A DNA stretch of 64,000 nucleotides from Parachlamydiaceae bacterium (GCA_051384485.1 JBPQHD010000014.1:126048-190047), one strand, 5' to 3'. Counted from the first letter of the stretch, positions 1 to 9,462 are shown. Made by a program: numbers and translations. Notes: generated from the letters alone by a model not told the origin.

Positions 1-1
1 T

Positions 2-166
2 ATTGGAAACCTTGCTTTTCCAACGGCTCAACCCGATTTAATGTGGCTTTCCTTAAAAAAACTTGCTAAAATAGATCCCAAAACTAGAGTTTATCCTGGC
101 CACGGACCTTCCACAATGATAGGAAATGAACCTTGGTTGGAGAACGCTGAACAATATTTTAACTAA
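2..166 (+). CDS. C-terminal fragment of an MBL-fold (metallo-beta-lactamase superfamily) hydrolase; the 5' end lies outside the window
   Basis: Frame is open from the window edge to TAA at 164-166. The translation ...KTRVYPGHGPSTMIGNEPWLENAEQYFN has the YPGHGxxT.IG C-terminal signature common in this superfamily. Confidence 0.5.
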   Translation: MGNLAFPTAQPDLMWLSLKKLAKIDPKTRVYPGHGPSTMIGNEPWLENAEQYFN

Positions 167-177
167 AAGGAGCGTTT

Positions 178-771
178 ATGGGCGTTTTAGTTGGAAAACA
201 AGCACCTGATTTCAAAGCAAGTGCCGTTGTTAACAATCAAATTGTGAGTAACTTCACTCTAAGTCAGTTCAAGGGGAAGAATGTGATTCTTTTCTTTTAT
301 CCTTTAGATTTTACATTCGTTTGTCCTACTGAATTACACGCGTTTCAAGAAAAACTTTCAGAGTTTGAAAAAAGAAATGCCCAGGTGATCGGATGTTCTG
401 TAGATAGCGCTTATTCTCATTTTGCCTGGTTAAATACTCCAAAATCGAAAGGTGGTATTGAAGGTGTCTCCTACCCACTAGTGGCAGACATTACTAAATC
501 GATTGCAAAAAGCTATGATGTTTTGGTAGAAGAAGCAGGAGTTGCTTTTAGAGGCCTTTTCCTCATTGATAAAGCAGGAACGGTAAGACATCAAGTTGTC
601 AACGATTTGCCGCTTGGTCGCTCCGTTGATGAAGCGATCCGTACACTAGATGCATGGATCTTCTCTGAGCAGCATGGAGAAGTATGTCCAGCTAACTGGT
701 CAGTTGGCAAAAAAAGCATGAAACCCACCCAAGACGGTTTAGAACAATACTTTGCCTGCACGATCAACTAA
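178..771 (+). CDS. ahpC: Typical 2-Cys peroxiredoxin (AhpC/Tsa family)
   Basis: Peroxidatic motif FYPLDFTFVCPTE and resolving-Cys motif GEVCPANW are present. AGGAG lies upstream of the ATG. Confidence 0.9.
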   Translation: MGVLVGKQAPDFKASAVVNNQIVSNFTLSQFKGKNVILFFYPLDFTFVCPTELHAFQEKLSEFEKRNAQVIGCSVDSAYSHFAWLNTPKSKGGIEGVSYPLVADITKSIAKSYDVLVEEAGVAFRGLFLIDKAGTVRHQVVNDLPLGRSVDEAIRTLDAWIFSEQHGEVCPANWSVGKKSMKPTQDGLEQYFACTIN

Positions 772-775
772 ATTC

Positions 776-799
776 ATGGCTTGCCCTTTGGCAAGCCAT
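776..799 (+). terminator. Hairpin downstream of ahpC (probable intrinsic terminator)
   Basis: Perfect 10-bp inverted repeat ATGGCTTGCC/GGCAAGCCAT with a 4-nt loop, 5 nt after the stop codon. The following T-tract is only moderate. Confidence 0.5.
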
Positions 800-969
800 T
801 GACCTATTTCTTCTTCCTTCTCTTATTTTGCATATCGATTTATTTTAAATTTTTTTTGCTTATAATGCGTTTAATGGGCGCAATCTCTTACCGTCCATGC
901 CTTCTAATAGACGGCAAGAGGCCATGCCCCATTAAGCTATTCTTCGTAATCAGTTGAAAGAGGTTTCCC

Positions 970-2343
970 GTGAATGCTAATTTAGCCAGAGATAATGAGG
1001 AAAATGACCTTTTGCAAAATCTTGTTGATGAAAGACAACGAGCTCAGGAGCTAGAAGAAGAGTTGGAACGGCTTCAAAAAAATTCAAGGGCCGCTTTTAA
1101 CATTGGTCATGATCAAACGTCTAAATTAAAACAATTCATTCACCTTCTTAAAAAAAAGTATGATGACATTCAATTACTCCAAGTAGAATCTCAGAAACAA
1201 GTCTCTTCCTTTACAGAAAAATGCACTCAACTTGAAATTAGCAATAACGAACTAGCCTGTGAAAATGAACAACTAAAAACAGGGCTGGAGCAAACGGAGT
1301 GCGAATTACAAAAGCTTCAACTGCAATGGCAAAAAGCAAAAAAAATTTTTGCAGAAAATGAAGAAGAACTTGAACTACTTAAAGAGCAACTAATAAAACT
1401 AAAAGAATTATTAAAAGAAAAAGAAGAATGCAATCAAACCTACATTGATGAAAATAAATGCTATAAACAAAAGCAGCTCCAGTTTGAACGTGTTATCTAT
1501 TATCTTCGTAAAAGGATTGAAGAAACCCGCCTAGACAATAAAGAGCTCAGCGAAACCCTACACGTCAAAGAACAGCAACTTCTAGCCGTTAAACAGGGGT
1601 ACCAAAGAAGCTGTGGCATTAGGCAATCTCTAGAGAAAGAAATAGCTCGATTATCCTTACATAACCAACAGCATCAATCAGGAAAAGAGAAGGCAGACAA
1701 ACAAAGCGATAAAACGATCGCAAAGCAGCTGTCTTTTTTAAAAGAAACAAAGCAACAGTTTGCCATTCTACAAGAGAGAATCGAGACCAACTTAGAAGAG
1801 TATAAAAAAGAAAAAGAACAACAATGGCTTCAACAAACAGTATTTGGGCACAAAGTTAAATACGAAAAACTAGATTCTTCATTAAAAACTGCACAACAAC
1901 ACCTTGCCAAGAACGTCCGAGAAGCAGCTTTACTAAACGAGGAAAAATTGGCACTTCAGCAATCTCTTACTGAAACTAAAAATGCATTAGAAAGGGCCCA
2001 TTTTAAATTGCTTGAGTCACAAAACCAACTTGAAATAGAATGTCAAAATCAAAAATTGCTTCAAGATCAGTATCAAAGCAGCTTAAAAGCGGTCGAATTG
2101 CGTGCAATTAAGTGGGAGGAAAAGCATTTTGAGCTACAGCAAAAAAGACGTGAAGCTGAGGAGAAACTTTGTGAGTTTAAATTGTTTGAAGAAAGGTACC
2201 AAAAAATGAACAAAATTTTAAGCGACCTTTCTAGTCTGCTTAACACTGCTTTTTCTGTAGAGTATCAAGATCAATCCTTAGATGCTGTTGAGATAGCCAA
2301 GATCTCTCCTCGGACCGTTACTGAATGCACCGATTCACTATGA
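970..2343 (+). CDS. Hypothetical long coiled-coil protein (Q/E/K/L-rich, no TM segment)
   Basis: 457-aa ORF with a GTG start preceded by AAGAGG. Heptad-like E/K/Q/L composition runs throughout. Its stop overlaps the ruvC start (ATGA). Confidence 0.6.
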   Translation: MNANLARDNEENDLLQNLVDERQRAQELEEELERLQKNSRAAFNIGHDQTSKLKQFIHLLKKKYDDIQLLQVESQKQVSSFTEKCTQLEISNNELACENEQLKTGLEQTECELQKLQLQWQKAKKIFAENEEELELLKEQLIKLKELLKEKEECNQTYIDENKCYKQKQLQFERVIYYLRKRIEETRLDNKELSETLHVKEQQLLAVKQGYQRSCGIRQSLEKEIARLSLHNQQHQSGKEKADKQSDKTIAKQLSFLKETKQQFAILQERIETNLEEYKKEKEQQWLQQTVFGHKVKYEKLDSSLKTAQQHLAKNVREAALLNEEKLALQQSLTETKNALERAHFKLLESQNQLEIECQNQKLLQDQYQSSLKAVELRAIKWEEKHFELQQKRREAEEKLCEFKLFEERYQKMNKILSDLSSLLNTAFSVEYQDQSLDAVEIAKISPRTVTECTDSL

Positions 2344-2867
2344 GTACTGGCTTGAATCGATCGGAGGAAGAACCCACCATTCTTGGTATCGATCCCGGAA
2401 CTTGTGTCACTGGATTTGGCATCGTTAAGTGTGTTAATCATCAGCTCATTGCATTGGATTATGGCTGTATAAAGCCCCCGAGGAAATATAAGCTTTCAGA
2501 TCGCTATTTAATCATCTTTGAAGCTTTAAATGTTTTGATTGATAAATTTCAACCTAGCATTCTGGCCGTCGAAACTCAATATGTCAAAGATAATGTGCAA
2601 AGCGCACTTAAATTAGGTATGGCACGAGGGATTGCTATTTTAGCGGCTAAAATAAAAGGCATGGGTATTGTTGAATATGGTCCTACCCAGCCTAAGCTGG
2701 CCGTAACAGGAACTGGAAAAGCGAAAAAATATCAAGTACAGGAAATGGTGAAACTCATTTTAAGCTTAAGGAATTCACTGCCAGAAGACGCCGCAGACGC
2801 GTTAGCTTTGGCTATTTGCCATTTCCATCATTTACAAACTGCCCGTGTTTTAGGTCAAGAGATTTAA
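2340..2867 (+). CDS. ruvC: Crossover junction endodeoxyribonuclease RuvC
   Basis: Motifs ILGIDPGTCVTGFGIV, ..VETQYV.. and DAADALALAICH (catalytic acidic residues) are present. I chose the ATG at 2340, which overlaps the upstream stop, rather than 2325. Confidence 0.9.
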   Translation: MSTGLNRSEEEPTILGIDPGTCVTGFGIVKCVNHQLIALDYGCIKPPRKYKLSDRYLIIFEALNVLIDKFQPSILAVETQYVKDNVQSALKLGMARGIAILAAKIKGMGIVEYGPTQPKLAVTGTGKAKKYQVQEMVKLILSLRNSLPEDAADALALAICHFHHLQTARVLGQEI

Positions 2868-3460
2868 TGTATAGTTATCTAAATGGTATTTTAAAAGAAG
2901 CATCGATGCAACATGCTATTTTGGATGTTCACGGCATAGGTTACAAAGTGTTTATCCCTATTCATCTTTTTGCCAAATTACCAGAAATCGAATCACCATG
3001 CTTGTTATACACTTGCTACATAGTAAGGGAGTTATCGGCCACCCTTTACGGATTTTTAGATAGGCAAGAACGTGATTTATTTGAGCTACTGCAAAATGTT
3101 ACAGGCATTGGCCCTAGAATGGCCCTAAACCTTATCGGACATCTCAACCCAGCAACTTTACATCAAGCAATTCATCAAGACAATACCGCCATCCTTTGTA
3201 AAGTGCCTGGCATAGGCAAAAAAACAGCAGAGAGGCTAATCATTGAGTTGCGCGACAAATTAGGCTTCATTCCTTCTGAACTTAAGCTGAAAATGGAGAC
3301 TCCGAATAAAAGCTTACAAGGAGATGCTGTCAACGCGCTCATTCATTTAGGTTATCACTCATCCGTTGCTCAGAAAGCGACCAAAAAAGCGTTATCAGAA
3401 TTACCTGAAGATTGCGATCTATCCACGTTAATCACCCATTCGTTGAGGAGCGTTTCTTAA
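2867..3460 (+). CDS. ruvA: Holliday junction DNA helicase subunit RuvA
   Basis: N-terminus MYSYLNGIL...GIGYKVFIP and HhH motifs TGIGPRMALNLI and VPGIGKKTAERLIIEL are present. The start overlaps the ruvC stop (TAATG). Confidence 0.9.
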   Translation: MYSYLNGILKEASMQHAILDVHGIGYKVFIPIHLFAKLPEIESPCLLYTCYIVRELSATLYGFLDRQERDLFELLQNVTGIGPRMALNLIGHLNPATLHQAIHQDNTAILCKVPGIGKKTAERLIIELRDKLGFIPSELKLKMETPNKSLQGDAVNALIHLGYHSSVAQKATKKALSELPEDCDLSTLITHSLRSVS

Positions 3461-3466
3461 CTTCAC

Positions 3467-4093
3467 TCAATGAGCGTCGGATAGCTTTTTGCAAATGGGA
3501 CAAAGTTCAACTTTATGTTGCTTTGCTGTACAGAAGGCCCTTCCATAGTAGATCATCTGAAGATGAAGATGGTTCCAATCTTTTTTGTTAAATATTTTTT
3601 TTAAGTCTAACTCAGTTTGCTTAACATTTTTTCCGCTGCTGAGTCCCCACCTTTTCGCTAAACGATGAATATGTGTGTCGACGGGAAATGCCGGTTGATG
3701 AAAAGCTTGCGACATGACTACTGAGGCTGTTTTGTGACCCACGCCAGGAAGACTCTCTAGCTCTTCAAAGGATCTAGGAACAAGGCCATTAAATTTATCT
3801 AACAACAATCTAGAAAGCTCATAAATCGCCTTAGCCTTTTGTCTTGAAAGGCCGCAGGTCTTGATCGCTGCTTGGATTTGATCGATGGATAAGAGCACCA
3901 TTTTCTCTGGCGTACTGGCTAACCCAAACAAATAAGGGGTGACGAGGTTGACACGAGCGTCTGTACATTGTGCAGAAAGAAGCACAGCAATGAGTAGGGT
4001 GTAGGGACTTGTATGTTGAAGAGGAATAGCAGGCTCAGGAAAGAGCTCTGCTAATGTTTTTTTGATAAATTGAGCTTTGGCCCGCTTATTCAT
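3467..4093 (-). CDS. nth: Endonuclease III (HhH-GPD DNA glycosylase/AP lyase)
   Basis: HhH motif LPGVGHKTASVVM, VDTHIHR, and a C-terminal Cys cluster FCTAKQHKVELCPIC are present. Confidence 0.9.
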   Translation of the reverse strand: MNKRAKAQFIKKTLAELFPEPAIPLQHTSPYTLLIAVLLSAQCTDARVNLVTPYLFGLASTPEKMVLLSIDQIQAAIKTCGLSRQKAKAIYELSRLLLDKFNGLVPRSFEELESLPGVGHKTASVVMSQAFHQPAFPVDTHIHRLAKRWGLSSGKNVKQTELDLKKIFNKKDWNHLHLQMIYYGRAFCTAKQHKVELCPICKKLSDAH

Positions 4094-4094
4094 T

Positions 4095-5468
4095 CTACTT
4101 TCCTATGCAAAAACGGGAAAAAATTTCTGTTAGAATATCTTCACTGATATTTGACCCTATGATTTTTCCCAGCTCGTGTAAAGCATGCCTCATATCCAAG
4201 GTCAAAAATTCAGGCGATAAGTACTCCTCTAACCCTTTAACCACTGCTTCAACATTCCTAATAGCTCCTATTAAAGCTTCCTTGTGACGAACATTGGTAA
4301 TCACAATTTCCTCCTTGCTTGGTGCGCCCTTCTGCCAAATCACACGATCAATCGTTGCTTTGAGTTGATCTAACCCTATTTTTTGCTTTGCAGAAATTTC
4401 GACTTGGTAAGGTAAAGGAGTTTTAAAAGAGGATGGAGCTTGATCTATTTTATTCCAAATAGCAATGGTTTTTTCTTTTGGCAAACACTGAAGAAGTTCA
4501 AGCTCTTCATCCTTTAAATCTTGAGTTGTATCTAGAACAAACAAGATCAAGTCTGCCTCAGCCATCGCTTGCCTTGATCGCCGAATTCCTTCGCGCTCAA
4601 CAATTTCTTCGGTCTCTCTAATCCCCGCTGTATCTAAAAGCCTAAAATTTAAACCATTTAAGTAGAGCGAATCTTCTAAAACATCGCGTGTCGTTCCAGG
4701 AAGATGAGAAACGATAGCCCTTTCTTTTTCGAGCAAAGCATTCATCAATGAAGATTTACCTACATTTGGGCAACCGACTAAGCAAAGAGAAATACCGTTT
4801 TTAATCATGCTGCCATCGTGAAAAGTTTGTTGCAGAGCACGCATGCCTTGCAGAGTTTCATTTAAACGATTAGCAAGTTCTTCCATGGTAGCAAATTCAA
4901 GGCCTTCTTCCGGAAAGTCGACCCAGGCTTCTAAAATAGCAGCAATCACTGTTAGCTGTTGTTGAAAGGCTCTGATTTTTGTGGATAGAGTCCCTTTGAG
5001 CTGGCTTTCTGCAGCGTCCAGAGCACGCTCGTTCTTAGCCGCGATGAGTTCCTGTACGGCCTCGGCTTGGGCTAGATCGATTCTTCCATTGATGTAGGCC
5101 TTAAAGGTAAATTCACCTGGTAAAGCATGTCGTGCGCCTGCTTTTAAGACCGTTTCTAACACTCGTCTTGTAATAAGAGTCCCACCGTGGCAATAAATTT
5201 CTACGGTGTCTTCACCAGTATAGGAACGTTTCCCTAAGAACGGAATGATAAGAACATCGTCTACAACTTCTCCTTCTTCATTTAAGATGTTCCCATAATG
5301 GGCTGTATGCGTCTTAAAGCGACGCACGGATCTAGAGAAAACTTTTTCAGCAATATCTAGAGAATCTTTTCCTGAAATACGAATAACAGCGACACCGCCT
5401 TCTCCAGGAGGAGAAGCGACAGCAGCAATTGTTTCTTCGGGCTGATAAGGTTGATGTATAAATTCCAT
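4095..5468 (-). CDS. mnmE: tRNA modification GTPase MnmE (TrmE)
   Basis: G1 motif GCPNVGKSSLMNAL, G3 motif DTAGIRET and the C-terminal CIGK motif are present. Confidence 0.95.
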   Translation of the reverse strand: MEFIHQPYQPEETIAAVASPPGEGGVAVIRISGKDSLDIAEKVFSRSVRRFKTHTAHYGNILNEEGEVVDDVLIIPFLGKRSYTGEDTVEIYCHGGTLITRRVLETVLKAGARHALPGEFTFKAYINGRIDLAQAEAVQELIAAKNERALDAAESQLKGTLSTKIRAFQQQLTVIAAILEAWVDFPEEGLEFATMEELANRLNETLQGMRALQQTFHDGSMIKNGISLCLVGCPNVGKSSLMNALLEKERAIVSHLPGTTRDVLEDSLYLNGLNFRLLDTAGIRETEEIVEREGIRRSRQAMAEADLILFVLDTTQDLKDEELELLQCLPKEKTIAIWNKIDQAPSSFKTPLPYQVEISAKQKIGLDQLKATIDRVIWQKGAPSKEEIVITNVRHKEALIGAIRNVEAVVKGLEEYLSPEFLTLDMRHALHELGKIIGSNISEDILTEIFSRFCIGK

Positions 5469-5564
5469 AGTGCAACTATTATAAATATTAGTATTTATTA
5501 AATTCTACTCTAAAACTAATTACACCTTGCAACTTTCTGCTTACTCTTTCTATAATCATTTCTC

Positions 5565-6875
5565 ATGTCTACAAAAAATTTTTTTATCGTTTTTTTGGTT
5601 TCTATATTTTTCTGCTCAGGTGGCCTCATTACCTGGAAACAAAAAAACGCTTCCTACACCATCCACGAATGCGATAACCTATTTACTTACGTTTATCCAG
5701 CATTTAAAAATAAGCTATTGGCAGTCCTAAACAAAGACAACGATCTCGATAAGAGTCAATCTAAGCTTGCTCAAGCTCTGTTAAACCCTATGACAAATTT
5801 AAGAGGCTATCATGAAAACTGGGTGGAACACTTGCGAGAAAGCATTAAGCGCGAAAAAAACGAACAAGTTGCATTAACAGAACACTTGTGCTCATGGCTA
5901 TTCTTAGGAGCTGATTTAAACGAAGAGATGCAGGTTTTCTTGAACCAGAGATATGCCTTCCCCTCCTATCACCCGCAGCTTGGTGATTTGATTAAGTGCT
6001 ATCATCAAGAAGTTTTTAACGACAAGGCTCTTTTTAACCCTCATAAAGCTCCCACACATAACGATGAGTTTGGTTACGGCAATCTCCCCTCTTACCTATT
6101 TTCTTTATCAGATACGCATGTGATTAGAACCCCAAATTGCGCCAAAGATATTCCCTTTATTAGATCCCTCTTTTTAAAAGCTCAAGATGGTGTGCAGGAA
6201 GAGTTCCTCGGATATATTACCAGCTTGAAACATCAAAGACATGTCTATGTCAACTTAATGAAAAGACATGGCAAAGAGGGGAGCAAGAGTGCGCAACTTG
6301 AACGCTTTGAACGGACACAACCTTCGTTAATCCTAGTTACCCTAGATAAAGACTCCGATTTTTATTGGCAAAATGCAGAATATAGCGAAAAAAATAATGC
6401 GGCAGAGTTTAAAGAAAATTTTTTAACCAACCTTTTTGTAGATCACGGTCATTATTATTGGTCAAGCAAACTGGATCAATCGAAATGGAAAAAAGCCTGG
6501 GAAGAAATTATTAGTGGAATTCATCATCGCTATTTTGAGCAAAAAAGCACTTTAGACAAGCGGGAAAGGCAAGATTTTATTGAGCTGTGCTATTTAGAGT
6601 TTGCCCATTACCTGATTGATCAATTTCAACCTTTATCGATCAATTTATCTTGCAAGCAGAGTATGGATCGCGGTCCTTCCTTAACAGCCTTGTTATTTGG
6701 AGAAGAACTTATTAAGCAAAAGCAATTGGAAAACAACTATAAAAAACTTCTAACGATGTTGTTTGCCCCACCTATCCTGGTTCATAATCGTCATAGCCAC
6801 ACCTCGCGCATTGACCGCTTTGTATCGACCTTTAAACGCATTAAAAACAATCATGAAAAAGGTAGCCCTATTTAA
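5565..6875 (+). CDS. Hypothetical membrane-anchored or secreted protein with a CX5R P-loop-like motif (possible phosphatase)
   Basis: 436-aa ORF with an N-terminal hydrophobic segment FFIVFLVSIFFCSGGLITW. Motif LSINLSCKQSMDRGPS lies at nt 6651-6674. No other family signature was recognised. Confidence 0.6.
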   Translation: MSTKNFFIVFLVSIFFCSGGLITWKQKNASYTIHECDNLFTYVYPAFKNKLLAVLNKDNDLDKSQSKLAQALLNPMTNLRGYHENWVEHLRESIKREKNEQVALTEHLCSWLFLGADLNEEMQVFLNQRYAFPSYHPQLGDLIKCYHQEVFNDKALFNPHKAPTHNDEFGYGNLPSYLFSLSDTHVIRTPNCAKDIPFIRSLFLKAQDGVQEEFLGYITSLKHQRHVYVNLMKRHGKEGSKSAQLERFERTQPSLILVTLDKDSDFYWQNAEYSEKNNAAEFKENFLTNLFVDHGHYYWSSKLDQSKWKKAWEEIISGIHHRYFEQKSTLDKRERQDFIELCYLEFAHYLIDQFQPLSINLSCKQSMDRGPSLTALLFGEELIKQKQLENNYKKLLTMLFAPPILVHNRHSHTSRIDRFVSTFKRIKNNHEKGSPI

Positions 6876-6938
6876 TCTTGATTCTTTGGATATTCAAAAA
6901 ATAGCTTGGCTCTTATGATAAATATTTTGGAGGTATTT

Positions 6939-7463
6939 ATGCGTAATTTTTTTTGTTGCCTTTTATTCGCTGTCTTTACACAGTTACCTTTATTTTCAAC
7001 TATTGAGGCGCCTTCCACTCATGAGCAGCAACGCCAATATCCTGTATTAACTCCTGAAGAAGAGGATCGATTCCTAAAACTCATGCAACAAGCCATTGAC
7101 AAAGCAGAACAAACTTTAAAGGCAGCCCAGCATCAAGCCACACGTCATGATGTGATGCCGACATGGGAAAGCAAAGTAGAATTCCAACATGCAATTACTA
7201 TGTATGAAGTAAAAAAAACTTTGATGAATAATTTTAAAGGAACAGAGTCTTTGCGCAGCCCTGCAGTTAGAGCAAAGCTATTACAAGTGTTAAATAGTGC
7301 TGATATATCAACCGCGGATTTAGCAGATCTTCAAAGCCTTGTTTTGAATGAAAAGGAACACATTCACGATGAGGATCAAACGATTAATCAACGCACACTT
7401 CAAAGAGAGCAAGTCGAACAGCAGCTACTGCAACAGCGACATGGGCAATCAACCAGGCCTTAA
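6939..7463 (+). CDS. Hypothetical secreted protein (signal peptide, helical, Q-rich C-terminus)
   Basis: The ATG at 6939 is preceded by GGAGG. N-terminus MRNFFCCLLFAVFTQLPLFSTIEA resembles a signal peptide. Confidence 0.6.
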   Translation: MRNFFCCLLFAVFTQLPLFSTIEAPSTHEQQRQYPVLTPEEEDRFLKLMQQAIDKAEQTLKAAQHQATRHDVMPTWESKVEFQHAITMYEVKKTLMNNFKGTESLRSPAVRAKLLQVLNSADISTADLADLQSLVLNEKEHIHDEDQTINQRTLQREQVEQQLLQQRHGQSTRP

Positions 7464-7469
7464 TAGACC

Positions 7470-7501
7470 AGCAAGTACTATCCATACAGATATTACTTGC
7501 T
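7470..7501 (+). terminator. Hairpin after the 6939-7463 ORF
   Basis: 8-bp stem AGCAAGTA/TACTTGCT with a 16-nt loop, followed by GTTATGTTTT. Confidence 0.35.
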
Positions 7502-7554
7502 GTTATGTTTTACCGTTTAAAAAAGATTTATTGCCTTGATGCAATAGGTACAAA

Positions 7555-8547
7555 ATGCCTCGTTTAATGCCATTTACAATTGTTTCTTTTCATTTACCGA
7601 CTAGCATCTTTGGAAATGATAAACGACTTTATTCCCCTTTTCCTGATTGCTAATTCCTACAGCCTTTGCCTCGGAGCTATCTCTGCTTCTAGATTATTTT
7701 TTGAAGATGATCAGGTTCTCATCTCTTCTCAGGAGGAGGCCTAACATAGCGCTTATTATTAAGCCCGACACGAACTATCTCTTAAAAGAGAGGGCTGGAG
7801 ATCAAAATTGTATTTAAATCCAGGCTTTGAAACCTTTTATTCATACGACTCCTTAAACCCTACTGACGTAGTAGGGATTATTCCTAAGGCTCCTGTTTCT
7901 TGCTTAGATAAAAACTTTCTATTCGATTTTTTTGCAAACCAATTGCGAGGCGACGAAAAGACACACACTGTGACCCCAGAAATCTACTGGCCCAACAGGG
8001 ACAGAGGAAGAGTCAGCAGGAACTACTGAGGCAACTGATCCTACCGGTGATACCGATCCGTAGGTCCCACTGAAGCCACAGGTCCTACAGAACCTACTGA
8101 AGCAACTCGCGCTAATAATTACTTGTTTTGTATATGATACAACGATACAGCACCTGGCAACCAAAATAATTTTCAGACAATTACGCTCAATACAAATGCG
8201 GTTTTAAATGGATGACTCAAACCATGAATTCATCTATCTTCACCTGCAACCAGATAGGGCTGTATCTTGTCCCCGCTCGTGCTCAGTTAAGTGTCAATGT
8301 TTTAGTTTCATTAAACGCAAAACTTAGCTTAAGAGCAAGTTTTGAACGGAACAGAAGTAGCAGGAAGCCAATGTTATACCCAGTCAAATGTAGCATTGTT
8401 GGGAAGAGATACAAGAGAGCTTGTCAGCTTCTTTTTACTAGATGCGAGTTTCCTGGTCAAAACCTTGAGATGCCATTTACCTCTAGCAATTCTGGCGCAA
8501 CGCTTTATCCTGTGGCTCTGGAACCGCAACGAGTGCCGTGATCGTCA
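7555..8547 (+). pseudogene. Coding desert with broken reading frames; probable decayed gene(s), including a frameshifted T/E/P-rich repeat segment
   Basis: About 1 kb has no ORF over 110 aa in an otherwise tightly packed region. Around 7990-8110, the frame reading GPTGTEEESAGTTEATDPTGDTDP stops and a similar motif, GPTEATGPTEPTEAT, continues in another frame. Confidence 0.3.
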
Positions 8548-9462
8548 TTAAGCGGACTCTACAGGGAAGCCCATGGACTGCCCCATCAAGCATCTTATCT
8601 CAACGCCCTCTTTAGATGCCTGGACAAGATCCTCATCAAATTGAATCGATTTGGGTTCAAAAAGCAAAATAAGAGAAGAGCCTCCAAAAGAAAAATACCC
8701 CTTCTCCTCACCTTTGAGATAAGGGCAAAATGGCTGATAAGTTTGATGAATGGACCCCACACTCGTCGCTCCTATCTCCAGGTAAAGCACTTGCCCAAAT
8801 TTTTTTGTATCTAAACAACACAAGGTACGCTTATTGGTCGTAAGAATGTCGAAATTTTTTCTAAGAGCCAATGGGTTTACTGAATATAACCACCCATTAA
8901 GCAGTTCCGTTGTATGAGGAACACAATCGCAAGGAAAATGAAAGCGATGGTAATCCGATGGGCAAAGGCGAGCAATGATCATACTGCCATGCTCATAGCG
9001 ATGGGCAAGCTCTTCATTTTTTAAAAGAGAGCTCAAATTAAATTTTTTGTTTTTAACATAGAAAAAGTTAGCCGAGGAGATTTCTGGATAGAACCAATAT
9101 CTCCCGTCCGCAGGAATAATCGCTTCACTCTGAGCAAGAGGACGGCTTTCTTTTTTCAACTCTCGGATGAAAAAATCATTAAAAGACGCGAAATCACTGA
9201 TTTTATCTTTAAATTCATTTGCTTCAATTTGATGATGAGAGATAAATGGGGCTATTTTCCTTTTTGTGAAAGCCCTACTCTGCCAATAACCCACAAAGGA
9301 AGAGAAGAAGGAAAACCTGCTCAATAAATGAAGTAGTGGGGCTCCAAAGCATCTGGATAAAAGATCCTCGCCATATAAAAACTGCAGGGCCTTCCCTCCA
9401 TACACTTTCTCTTCCATCTGTTTCTTAGATAAGCGGTCAAAATAGATTATAGGTTTCATCAT
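8548..9462 (-). CDS. psd: Phosphatidylserine decarboxylase proenzyme
   Basis: 304 aa. The self-cleavage region FSFGGSSLILLF (GS[ST] motif) lies near the C-terminus, with a DYHRFH motif upstream. Confidence 0.9.
   Translation of the reverse strand: MMKPIIYFDRLSKKQMEEKVYGGKALQFLYGEDLLSRCFGAPLLHLLSRFSFFSSFVGYWQSRAFTKRKIAPFISHHQIEANEFKDKISDFASFNDFFIRELKKESRPLAQSEAIIPADGRYWFYPEISSANFFYVKNKKFNLSSLLKNEELAHRYEHGSMIIARLCPSDYHRFHFPCDCVPHTTELLNGWLYSVNPLALRKNFDILTTNKRTLCCLDTKKFGQVLYLEIGATSVGSIHQTYQPFCPYLKGEEKGYFSFGGSSLILLFEPKSIQFDEDLVQASKEGVEIRCLMGQSMGFPVESA

Noticed and set aside
863-935. Long imperfect inverted repeat (AATGGGCGCAATCTCTTACCGTC ... GACGGCAAGAGGCCATGCCCCATT) upstream of the coiled-coil gene; considered as a riboswitch or sRNA.
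   Set aside because: The pairing is interrupted by several mismatches, and I recognise no conserved riboswitch core. It may simply be a leader hairpin, so the evidence is too weak to annotate.
7808-8551. Short ORFs in the first coding desert (7808-8029, 7919-8164, 8212-8541, 8342-8551).
   Set aside because: They overlap each other in different frames and have unusual composition (Cys/Ser/Val- or Arg-rich). None has a convincing start context or motif. They are better explained as debris of decayed genes.
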